Source: an uncultured Verrucomicrobiae bacterium (GTDB lineage: Bacteria > Verrucomicrobiota > Verrucomicrobiia > Chthoniobacterales > Chthoniobacteraceae). From it: DNA of 22,215 bases. The DNA is taken from assembly GCA_963769025.1 (NCBI GenBank), contig CAVYKI010000005.1, positions 1 to 22,215 of the forward strand. Reading direction: 5' to 3'. The translations under genes and the position numbers were made by a program. Shown piece after piece: positions 7,383 to 15,551 of the stretch. Within the stretch, counting starts at the first letter, position 1. Every line of letters begins with the position of its first letter. The notes below the pieces were generated by a model. That model was not told the origin of the DNA and ran no database searches. It was given only the letters and a program-made list of their open reading frames with translations.

Positions 7383-9320
7383 CTACGCGAGGTGCAGGTC
7401 GGACGCTTCGAGAAAGCCCTCGAGCTGCCGGATGCGCGTCGGGTGCCGCATTTTGCGGAGAGCCTTCGCTTCGATCTGGCGGATGCGCTCGCGGGTGACT
7501 TTGAACTGCCGGCCCACTTCCTCGAGCGTGCGGCTGTAGCCGTCCACGAGGCCGAAGCGCTGCTCCAGCACCTGGCGCTCGCGCTCGGTGAGCGTCGTGA
7601 GCACGTCGCGGATCTTGTCCTTGAGCAGGCTGATCGCCGTCACGTCCGCGGGATCTTCCGCGGTTTGATCGGGGATGAAATCACCAAAGCTCGTGTCGTC
7701 GCTGTCGCCGACGGGCGACTGGAGCGAGATGGGCTGCTGCGCCATCTTGAGCACCGCGCGGACGCGCTCGACGGGGAGGTTGATTTCCTCGGCGACCTCC
7801 TCCGGCGTGGGCTCGCGGCCGTAGTCCTGCACGAGCTGCTTCTGCACGCGCATGAGCTTGTTGATCGTCTCGATCATGTGGACCGGGATGCGGATCGTCC
7901 GCGCCTGGTCGGCGATGGAACGCGTGATCGCCTGGCGGATCCACCACGTCGCGTAGGTCGAAAACTTGTACCCCCGGCGGTACTCGAATTTTTCAACCGC
8001 CTTCATCAGGCCCATGTTGCCCTCCTGGATGAGGTCGAGGAACGACAGGCCGCGGTTCGTGTATTTCTTCGCGATGGAAATCACGAGGCGCAGGTTGGCC
8101 TCGACCATTTCCGTCTTCGCGCGGAGCGCCTTCTTCAGCCATTTCCGCAGGTGCCCGAATTCCGCAGCAAAGCCTTCGGCGCTCATCCACATCAGCGCCT
8201 GCTGCTCCTTGAGCTGGCTGGCGTAGTCCACTTTCGCCCCGCCGGCCGCCCGCTGCTGGTGCTTCTTGGGCTTGTTCACCTCATGATGGAGGGCGTTGAT
8301 GATGCGGTTCTTCTCCTCCGCGAGCGTCACAAAGTCCTCGGTGACCTTCTGCTTGTAGAAAAATTTCGGGAAATACTTCTGCACCGCCTGGTGCCGCTTC
8401 ACAAAGTCCGCGTAGCTCTTCGACTTCTCGTTGGTGCCGCCGTGCGCGAGATAGTTCTTGTACGCCTTCGCCGCGTTCTGCATCGCCGCATCGACCTGCT
8501 TCATCAGCCGCGGCAGCCCCTTCATATACTTGTCCCGGCTCTCGATTTTCTTGTCGAGAATGACGCGGTCGAAGCGCTCGCGGCCGTCGATCAACTTCTG
8601 GCCGAGCTCGAGATACGCCCGGGGGATGAAGCCAAACTGGTTCACGTGCTTCTGCACGTTCAGCTCGGCGTCCTCGATGCGCATTGAAATCTCGACCTCC
8701 TGCTCGCGGGTGAGCAGCGGCACCTGGCCCATCTGCTTGAGATACATCCGCACCGGGTCGTCGAGGATGTCGAGTTTCTCGTTCGGCTTCTCGGGTTCCT
8801 CGTCCTCCTTTTGGTCCTCGGTCTTCGGGCCGACCTTGTAGCTGTCCACCTGCGCCGCATCGATGATGTCGATCTCCATTCCGCGGAGCCGGTTCATGAT
8901 GATCTCCATCTCGTCCGGGTCGTTCACGGACTCGGGCAGATGCTCGTTCAGGTCATCAAAAGTCAGGTAACCCTGCTCCTTGGCGAGCTTCACGAGCTCG
9001 CGCAGCTTCTCCGCGCCTTCCTGCGTGTCGAGAATGCTCTGTCCCGGGCCGAGCTTCGGCTTCGCGGGCGTCTTCAAAAGCTCGGCGAGCTTGGCACTGA
9101 GCTGGCCATTTTTCCCGGCGGAACGCTTCGACTCCTTCGCAGGTTTCTCCACCTTTGGTTTTGCAGGGGCCTTGGTCTTTTTCGCCTTGGGCTCGGGCTT
9201 CGCTTTCTTCGCTGCCGGTCTTGCCGCTGGTGCCTTGGCTTTTTTCGTCCCGTTACTCTTCGGGTGTTTCTTCGTGGCTTTGTGGGATTTTGAGACGGCT
9301 TTTTTGAGTTTTTTCGGCAT
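7383..9320 (-). CDS. rpoD: RNA polymerase primary sigma-70 factor RpoD with Lys/Ala/Pro-rich N-terminal extension
   Basis: Region 1.1 ([17 protein letters not shown]), 1.2 ([23 protein letters not shown]), region 2 ([61 protein letters not shown]), region 4 ([31 protein letters not shown]). Start ATG 9320 or GTG 9326. Confidence 0.98.
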   Translation of the reverse strand: MPKKLKKAVSKSHKATKKHPKSNGTKKAKAPAARPAAKKAKPEPKAKKTKAPAKPKVEKPAKESKRSAGKNGQLSAKLAELLKTPAKPKLGPGQSILDTQEGAEKLRELVKLAKEQGYLTFDDLNEHLPESVNDPDEMEIIMNRLRGMEIDIIDAAQVDSYKVGPKTEDQKEDEEPEKPNEKLDILDDPVRMYLKQMGQVPLLTREQEVEISMRIEDAELNVQKHVNQFGFIPRAYLELGQKLIDGRERFDRVILDKKIESRDKYMKGLPRLMKQVDAAMQNAAKAYKNYLAHGGTNEKSKSYADFVKRHQAVQKYFPKFFYKQKVTEDFVTLAEEKNRIINALHHEVNKPKKHQQRAAGGAKVDYASQLKEQQALMWMSAEGFAAEFGHLRKWLKKALRAKTEMVEANLRLVISIAKKYTNRGLSFLDLIQEGNMGLMKAVEKFEYRRGYKFSTYATWWIRQAITRSIADQARTIRIPVHMIETINKLMRVQKQLVQDYGREPTPEEVAEEINLPVERVRAVLKMAQQPISLQSPVGDSDDTSFGDFIPDQTAEDPADVTAISLLKDKIRDVLTTLTERERQVLEQRFGLVDGYSRTLEEVGRQFKVTRERIRQIEAKALRKMRHPTRIRQLEGFLEASDLHLA

Positions 9321-9402
9321 ATCCACGAAGGAATTCTGATTACATTCTCGCCTTCAGCGTCCACGGATTACATCCGGGATCGCGACGGGAAAAAGGCCGC
9401 GG

Positions 9403-9431
9403 AATATGGGGAGCACACCACGCAACGTCAA
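9403..9431 (-). promoter_or_regulatory. Putative sigma70 promoter for rpoD in the dnaG-rpoD spacer
   Basis: Minus strand TTGACG (9431-9426), 17-nt spacer, CATATT (9408-9403). Confidence 0.5.
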
Positions 9432-9460
9432 GGGACTCCTTCCAAAATGTTTTTTGACGG

Positions 9461-11266
9461 TTAAGCAGCCGGCTTCGGAGCGCGCGGGGCGGGCAGTGCG
9501 GCGAGCAGGCGCTGCACGTCGAGCACCTGCGCGTGCAGCCGCGCCATGTCCTCCAGCGCGAGGCCCGGCATCCGCAATTGCGCCTCCACCGCCTGGCGCT
9601 GGCGCAAAAGCACCCGTCGCTCCAGCTCGTGCCAGCAATCCTCCGCGACCACCTTCGCCTCCCGCGGCACTTCGCGTTCGAGCACCGTGGAGAGCGCGGC
9701 CTCCTCGCCGGGATCGAGCGTCGCGAGCCACGTGTTCACCGACGCGGGTTCCTCCATGCGGAAATCCGCATCGAGAATCTTCACGAGGAGCACCGAGTCC
9801 GGCTCGCCATCGTCCAGCACGCGTTCGCAAGCCTGCGCCTGCAGCCATGCACGCGCCGCGGGGCTCCGCAACGCCAGCAGCGCGAGCCATTCCTTCGTGG
9901 GGTCGAGCGTCACCTCCTGCACGCGCTGGGGCTCCGCGTTCTCCTCGCCCAGTGCCGCGCGCTGGGGCACGCGTTTGACCAGCACGCGCAGATCCTGCTG
10001 GCCCACTTCCAGCCGCATCGCGGCGTCGCTCAGCACGGCCTCGCGCGCGATGCCTTCGGGGAGAAACGCAATCAGCTCCGCCAACTTCCGCGCCGCGGCG
10101 ATTTTCCCCCGCGGCGTGGAGAATTCCGGCACGCGGACCTGGCGCGCGATCTGATAGTCGAAAAAATCCTTCGCCGCCGCGACACGCTCCCGGAACGCCT
10201 CCGCGCCGGCCTTGCGAATCAGCGAATCCGGATCCTCGCCCTGCGGCATCGCCACCACGCGCACGAGCAGCCCCTCCGCGAGCAGTTGCGGCAGCGAACG
10301 CTCCGCCGCCTTTTCGCCCGCTGCATCGGCGTCGAAGCACAGCACCACCTCGTCCACGTAGCGTTTCAAAATCCGCGCCTGCCGGTCGGTGAATGCCGTG
10401 CCCTGCGGCGCAATCACATTCTGCACTCCCGCTTCGAACGCCGTGATCAAATCCACCTGTCCCTCGCACACGATGGCCTGCTTCTTGTCGATCAGCGCGC
10501 GCTTCGACTTGTTCAGCCCGAAGAGCACCGCGCCCTTTGTGAACAGGAGCGTCTCCGGCGAGTTCACGTATTTCGCCGGGCTCGCCTCCGCGAAAAGCAC
10601 GCGCCCGCTGAATGCGATCACCTCGCCCGTGTCGTTGCAAATCGGGAACATCACGCGCCCGCGGAACCGATCGTACATCCGGTCGCCCTCCTCGCCCGTC
10701 GAAAACAGCCCGCTCTGCTTCAGCTCCTCTTCCGAATAGCCGCCGTCGCGCATCGGCCCGAGCAGCCCGTCCCACGAATCCGGCGCAAAGCCGATTTTCC
10801 AAGACTTCGCCACCTCGGCGGAAAGGCCGCGCTTGGTCATGTAATCGCGCGCCGCGTCCGCCGATTTGCCGCGCATGAGCTGCTGGTGGAAAAACTCCGC
10901 AGCATCCGCGTGGAGAGACAGCAGCCGACGTCGCATGTCGGCGCGCTCGTAGTCGGCCGCCGACATCTCTGCCTCGGGGATTTTGATGTTCGCCTTTTCC
11001 GCCAGCTTGCGCACCGCCGTGGGAAAATCCACGTGCTCGTAATCCATCACAAAGCGGAAGACCGAGCCGCCCGCGCCGCAGCCGAAGCATTTGAAGATCT
11101 GCCGGTGCGGATTCACGTTGAACGACGGCGTGCGCTCCTGATGGAACGGGCACAGCGCCTTGAAAGTCCCTCCCATCCGCCGCAGCGGAAAATACCCGCC
11201 GATCACCTCGACGATGTCATTCGCCGCGGCGACCTGCTCGATGATTTCATTCGGAATCGGAGGCAT
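9461..11266 (-). CDS. dnaG: DNA primase
   Basis: CHC2 zinc finger CPFHQERTPSF...KCFGCG, YDRFRGRVMFPI, KYVNSPET, TOPRIM CEGQVD and CFDADAAG, GEDPDS. Likely start MPPIPNEIIEQ at 11266. Directly upstream of rpoD. Confidence 0.97.
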   Translation of the reverse strand: MPPIPNEIIEQVAAANDIVEVIGGYFPLRRMGGTFKALCPFHQERTPSFNVNPHRQIFKCFGCGAGGSVFRFVMDYEHVDFPTAVRKLAEKANIKIPEAEMSAADYERADMRRRLLSLHADAAEFFHQQLMRGKSADAARDYMTKRGLSAEVAKSWKIGFAPDSWDGLLGPMRDGGYSEEELKQSGLFSTGEEGDRMYDRFRGRVMFPICNDTGEVIAFSGRVLFAEASPAKYVNSPETLLFTKGAVLFGLNKSKRALIDKKQAIVCEGQVDLITAFEAGVQNVIAPQGTAFTDRQARILKRYVDEVVLCFDADAAGEKAAERSLPQLLAEGLLVRVVAMPQGEDPDSLIRKAGAEAFRERVAAAKDFFDYQIARQVRVPEFSTPRGKIAAARKLAELIAFLPEGIAREAVLSDAAMRLEVGQQDLRVLVKRVPQRAALGEENAEPQRVQEVTLDPTKEWLALLALRSPAARAWLQAQACERVLDDGEPDSVLLVKILDADFRMEEPASVNTWLATLDPGEEAALSTVLEREVPREAKVVAEDCWHELERRVLLRQRQAVEAQLRMPGLALEDMARLHAQVLDVQRLLAALPAPRAPKPAA

Positions 11267-11372
11267 TTTCTGGAGGCGATTGACGAGCGTTGCGCGCGGC
11301 GTGTCAAGCGCGCCACCGGCCCTTGTCACCACAGGGTTTCCTTTTCCCGCGAACCGCGCATAGTGCCGACAG

Positions 11373-12272
11373 ATGGAACACGATCTCGGCAAAGCGACCG
11401 ATGCAATCCTCCGGTCTTACGAGACGGGCGGCGGCATCAACCATGTGGACGGGGCAAACCTGCCGTCCAAGCGTGCGGTCGCGGCGATCTGCGAGGACTT
11501 GCTGCAGCTCCTTTTTCCCGGCTTTCACGATGCCGAGCCGATTCATTCGCAGCATCTGCCGCGCGTGACTTCGCACCGGGTCTTCACGATCGCCGAGCGG
11601 CTCGCGGAGGAGGTCTGCAAGAGCCAGCGCCTCGGCGATCCGAATTGCCCGAATGAGGCGGCCCTGAACATCACTCGCGATTTTCTCGGCGGTGTCCCGC
11701 AGGTGCGCGAGCTATTGAAGACGGACGTCGAGGCTGCCTTTCAGGGCGATCCCGCGGCGGCGGCGTCGGATGAGGTGATCCTGTCGTATCCGTTCATCGA
11801 GGCCATCTCCATCCAGCGCAGCGCGCACATCCTCTACGCGCTCGGCGTGTCGCTCATCCCGCGCATGATGACGGAATGGGCGCACAGCCGCACGGGGATC
11901 GACATCCATCCCGGCGCGGAGATCGGCTCGCACTTTTTCATCGACCACGGCACGGGCGTCGTCATCGGCGAGACGAGCGTGCTCGGGACAAACGTAAAGC
12001 TCTACCAGGGCGTGTCGCTCATCGCGCGTTCGCTCGCGGGCGGGCAGGCGCTGCGCGGGCAGAAGCGGCACCCGAGCATCGAGGACAACGTGACCATCTA
12101 CGCCAACGCCACCATCATGGGCGGCGACACGGTCATCGGCGCGGGTTCGACGGTCGGCGCGAGTGTTTTCCTCACCCACAGCGTGCCGGCGCGTTCGCTC
12201 GTGCTCGCCGAGGGCCAGGGCGTGCGCGTGCTGGAAAAGGATCGCAAGGTCGCGGACGACTGGATGATCTAG
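11373..12272 (+). CDS. cysE: Serine O-acetyltransferase (EpsC/CysE type)
   Basis: DVEAAFQGDPAA..DEVILSYP, AHSRTGIDIHPGAEIG..FFIDHGTGVVIGET, KLYQGV, KRHPSIEDNVTIYANATIMGG hexapeptide repeats. Confidence 0.93.
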   Translation: MEHDLGKATDAILRSYETGGGINHVDGANLPSKRAVAAICEDLLQLLFPGFHDAEPIHSQHLPRVTSHRVFTIAERLAEEVCKSQRLGDPNCPNEAALNITRDFLGGVPQVRELLKTDVEAAFQGDPAAAASDEVILSYPFIEAISIQRSAHILYALGVSLIPRMMTEWAHSRTGIDIHPGAEIGSHFFIDHGTGVVIGETSVLGTNVKLYQGVSLIARSLAGGQALRGQKRHPSIEDNVTIYANATIMGGDTVIGAGSTVGASVFLTHSVPARSLVLAEGQGVRVLEKDRKVADDWMI

Positions 12273-12291
12273 CGGCGTGCGGCCGGCGTGC

Positions 12292-12522
12292 TCAGAAGTC
12301 GCTGTTCCGCAGCCACGAGCCGTAGAAGAAATCCCTTTCCTCATTCGACACGGAGGGGACGAGCCAGTCCTTCTTGAAGACTTCGCGGGTCGTGCGTTCG
12401 TCCTGCGTTTCCCACCGCCTCCTCGCGAGGCGCTCCTCCTTCGACGCACAGCCGCCAAATGCGAATGCAAGCGACAGCATGGACATTGCGAGCAGGAGGC
12501 GCGGGGAAAAATTCAGGATCAT
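12292..12522 (-). CDS. Small hypothetical lipoprotein (76 aa)
   Basis: MILNFSPRLLLAMSMLSLAFAFGGC: signal with lipobox-like FGGC, then a charged/aromatic mature part. It fills the cysE-desulfurase gap without overlapping either gene. Confidence 0.7.
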   Translation of the reverse strand: MILNFSPRLLLAMSMLSLAFAFGGCASKEERLARRRWETQDERTTREVFKKDWLVPSVSNEERDFFYGSWLRNSDF

Positions 12523-12640
12523 GGGAGCCGCCGACGATGTCAGCATTCCGCGGCGAGTCATTCGGAATCTTCGGCGGCGCGTGGGCGGGTGCGGCAAAAC
12601 GATTCGCCATCCGGCGCGGATGAGCGGATGCTGCGGGCCG

Positions 12641-13783
12641 ATGATTTACCTCGACCACAACGCCACGACTCCGCTCGCGCCCGAGGCGCTGGAGGCGATG
12701 CGGCCGTACCTCGAACGCTTTCACGGGAATGCGTCGTCGATCCACGCGGCGGGCCGCGAGACGCGCGCGGCGCTGGATGATTCGCGCGACCGGCTCGCGG
12801 CGCTGCTTGGTTGCAAATCACACGAGATCATTTTCACCGCCGGCGGAACCGAGGCGAACAATCTGGCGCTGCTCGGGCTCGCCCACGCGCATGCTTCGCG
12901 GGGAAAGCACCTCATCACCTGCGCGAGCGAGCACCACGCGGTGCTGCATCCGCTCGAGCATCTGCAAAGGCGCGAGGGCTTCGGGCTCACGGTGCTGGGC
13001 GTGGATTCGCGCGGGCTGCTCGACCCCGCGGATGTGCGCGCCGCGCTGACGCCCGAGACGACGCTCGTCTCCGTGATGACCGCGAACAACGAGACCGGCG
13101 TGCGCCAGCCCGTGGCGGAGATCGCCGCGCTCTGCCGCGAGCGTGGCGTGCTCTTTCACACCGATGCGATCCAGAGCTTCGGCAAGGAACCGCTCGCCTG
13201 CGACGCCGACGCGCTCTCGCTCGCGGCTCACAAATTCTACGGGCCGAAAGGCGCGGGCGTCCTGCGGCTGCGCGGCGGGATTTCGATCGAGCGCATTGCA
13301 TTTGGCGGCAGCCACGAGGGCGACCGCCGGCCTGGGACGGAGAATGTCGCGGCCATCGTCGGCATGGCCCGCGCCGCGGAGCTCGCGGCCGCAAATGCCG
13401 CCCACGAGGCCGAACGGCTCCTCCCGCTCCGCGAGCAGCTCTGGCACGGCATCGTCGCGGCATTCCCTGCCGCCGTGCGCAACAGCGACCCGGCGCTTTC
13501 TCTTGCGAACACGCTCAACGTGAGCTTGCCCGGGCTCGACGGCGAGAGCGTGCTCATCAACCTCGACCTCGCGGGCATCTGCGCATCGAGCGGCTCAGCG
13601 TGCATGGTCGGCAGCATCCTGCCGTCGCACGTCTTGCTCGCGATGGGCGTGCCGCGTGAACTCGCGCAGGCGACCGTCCGCTTTTCTCTCGGAAAAGGAA
13701 CGACGCACGCCGAGATCGCCGCGGCTGTCCGGAGCGTCGGGGGCATCTTCGCGCGGCTCCGGGAAAATGCGGCCCTTGTCTGA
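12641..13783 (+). CDS. iscS: PLP-dependent cysteine desulfurase, group I (NifS/IscS-like)
   Basis: MIYLDHNATTP, FTAGGTEANN, EHHAV, ANNETG, HTDAIQ, AHKFYGPKG (PLP lysine), RPGTENV, catalytic SSGSAC, VRFSLG. Confidence 0.93.
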   Translation: MIYLDHNATTPLAPEALEAMRPYLERFHGNASSIHAAGRETRAALDDSRDRLAALLGCKSHEIIFTAGGTEANNLALLGLAHAHASRGKHLITCASEHHAVLHPLEHLQRREGFGLTVLGVDSRGLLDPADVRAALTPETTLVSVMTANNETGVRQPVAEIAALCRERGVLFHTDAIQSFGKEPLACDADALSLAAHKFYGPKGAGVLRLRGGISIERIAFGGSHEGDRRPGTENVAAIVGMARAAELAAANAAHEAERLLPLREQLWHGIVAAFPAAVRNSDPALSLANTLNVSLPGLDGESVLINLDLAGICASSGSACMVGSILPSHVLLAMGVPRELAQATVRFSLGKGTTHAEIAAAVRSVGGIFARLRENAALV

Positions 13784-13992
13784 GTCGTTATTTTGACCCC
13801 GAAAAAATCATTAACTTTTCCCAAAGGACCATGTCGCAGTGGGATTTTCCAACCAAGCAACCGTCCAATGTGGCGGCCTGCAAACCGTTTGGATTCTGAT
13901 CGAAACCCGGCGGAAGCAGGCTGTTGCATGGGCTGGCCTTCAGCAAAGAAACTGCTATCAACCACCTCACACTCCAAAGAACACCACACATC

Positions 13993-15318
13993 ATGAGCGA
14001 CAACAAAATCATCACTTGGAAAGACGACCCGGCCCATTTCCGCAAGGTCAGCCGGCGTGAATTCATCTACGCCGGCCTCGCTGGCGGCATCGGCCTCACG
14101 ATGGGCGACCTCTTCAAGCTGCGCGCGAACGAGACCGACCAGTACGCCGCGACCGCCGAATCGCTGATCCACATTTATCTCCCCGGTGGCTGCGCCCATC
14201 AGGAGACGTGGGATCCCAAGCACCTCGCGCCGATCGAATACCGCGGACCGCTGGGCACCGTGGACACGCCGATCCCCGGTGTGAAGCTCTCGCAGTATCT
14301 CGAGAAGACCGCGAAGATCGCGGACAAGCTCACCATCGTCCGCTCGATGACACACGGCGAAGCGGCGCATGAGCGCGGCACGCACAACATGTTCACCGGC
14401 TACCGCCCGTCGCCCGCGATTCAGTACCCGTCGTTTGGATCGGTGATCAGCCACGAACTCGGTTCGCGCAACAACCTGCCGCCTTACGTCTGCGTGCCGA
14501 GCCAGCCGAATGAATTCGCCGGCACTGGCTACCTCAGCAGCGCCCACGGGCCGTTCAGCCTCGGTGCCGATCCGGCGAGCGCCGGCTTCACCGTGCGCGA
14601 CCTGAACATGCGCGCCGGCATCACCAACGAGCGCTTCGACCGCCGCCGCAGCATCCTCAGCACGGTGGACGAGCATTTCCGCACGCTGGAAAAGAGCGAC
14701 GCGCTCACCGCGATGGATGGCTTCTACCAGGCGGCCTACTCGCTGGTCTCGAGCCCACAGGCCCGGGAGGCATTCAATCTCGCTGCCGAGCCGCAGAAAG
14801 TCCGCGAGGAGTACGGCATGCACGACGCCGGCCAGCGGATGCTCATGGCCCGCCGCATGGTCGAGTCCGGAGTCCGTCTCGTCAGCCTCACCTACGGCGG
14901 CTGGGACATGCACGCCGGCATCTCAAACAGCATGCAGCGCACGTTGCCGAAGTTCGACCAGGCTTACTCCGCGCTCATCAACGACCTCGACCGTCGTGGA
15001 ATGCTCGACAAGACCCTCGTCATGGTCAGCTCCGAATTCGGCCGCACGCCGAAGATCAACGCGAACGCCGGCCGCGACCACTGGCCGAAAGTGTTCTCCG
15101 TTGTCTTCGCAGGCGGCGGCTTCAAGCGCGGCTACGTCCACGGCTCGAGCGACCCGACCGGTGCCGAGCCGGCCGAGGACGGCCTCACGGTCGAAAACAT
15201 GGCCACGACCGTCTATCGCTGCCTCGGCATCAACGCCGACAAGCGCCTGATGGCTCCCGGCGATCGTCCGATCGACATCGTCCGCGGCGGTGTCGTGGTG
15301 CCCGAGCTGCTCGCTTAA
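13993..15318 (+). CDS. DUF1501 domain protein with twin-arginine-like motif
   Basis: SRREFIYAG, YLPGGCAHQETWDPK, YGMHDAGQRMLMARRMVESGVRLV, GGWDMH, DLDRRGMLDKTLVMVSSEFGRTPKINANAGRDHWP, FAGGG...G..HGSSD. Likely start ATG 13993. Confidence 0.93.
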   Translation: MSDNKIITWKDDPAHFRKVSRREFIYAGLAGGIGLTMGDLFKLRANETDQYAATAESLIHIYLPGGCAHQETWDPKHLAPIEYRGPLGTVDTPIPGVKLSQYLEKTAKIADKLTIVRSMTHGEAAHERGTHNMFTGYRPSPAIQYPSFGSVISHELGSRNNLPPYVCVPSQPNEFAGTGYLSSAHGPFSLGADPASAGFTVRDLNMRAGITNERFDRRRSILSTVDEHFRTLEKSDALTAMDGFYQAAYSLVSSPQAREAFNLAAEPQKVREEYGMHDAGQRMLMARRMVESGVRLVSLTYGGWDMHAGISNSMQRTLPKFDQAYSALINDLDRRGMLDKTLVMVSSEFGRTPKINANAGRDHWPKVFSVVFAGGGFKRGYVHGSSDPTGAEPAEDGLTVENMATTVYRCLGINADKRLMAPGDRPIDIVRGGVVVPELLA

Positions 15319-15340
15319 GCCAGCGCCAGCCCAAACTCTC

Positions 15341-15381
15341 AACCGCCGCCACTGGGAAACCGGTGGCGGCGGTTTGCTTTT
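15341..15381 (+). terminator. Intrinsic terminator after the DUF1501 gene
   Basis: 15-bp stem AACCGCCGCCACTGG/CCGGTGGCGGCGGTT (one G-U pair), GAAA tetraloop, then TGCTTTT. Confidence 0.8.
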
Positions 15382-15410
15382 CGCGGCGAAAATGGATCTC
15401 CGATGGAATG

Positions 15411-15506
15411 GGAGCGGCGATTTCCAAATCGCCGGGAACTACGCGGCGTCACGCCGACCGGTTCGGTGGCAGGAGAAAAGTAAGAGGATTTTGAAGTCGC
15501 CACTCC
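15411..15506. repeat. REP-like palindrome with an inverted degenerate partner (REP doublet)
   Basis: GGAG + palindrome CGGCGATTT-CC-AAATCGCCG at 15411-15434. 15487-15506 is an inverted copy (reverse complement GGAGTGGCGACTTCAAAATC), 17/20 identical to the first 20 nt. Confidence 0.55.
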
Positions 15507-15551
15507 GAGTGCCATGCGTCCAGCGTAAGCCAAAGGTAGTGTGTGAGTATC

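Noticed and set aside
6260..7498. 412-aa plus-strand ORF opposite the esterase (likewise 13237..14913 opposite iscS/DUF1501)
   Set aside because: Shadow ORFs caused by stop-codon scarcity at high GC.
11280..11307. Inverted TTGAC...GTCAA motif between divergent dnaG and cysE
   Set aside because: It gives -35-like hexamers on both strands, but the -10 positions are poor (GTCAAT/GTCAAG); too weak to call.
7392..11656. Long alternative ORFs over rpoD and dnaG (7392..8687 +, 9533..11656 +, 9354..11153 -)
   Set aside because: Antisense or off-frame shadows of conserved GC-rich genes; composition is not protein-like.
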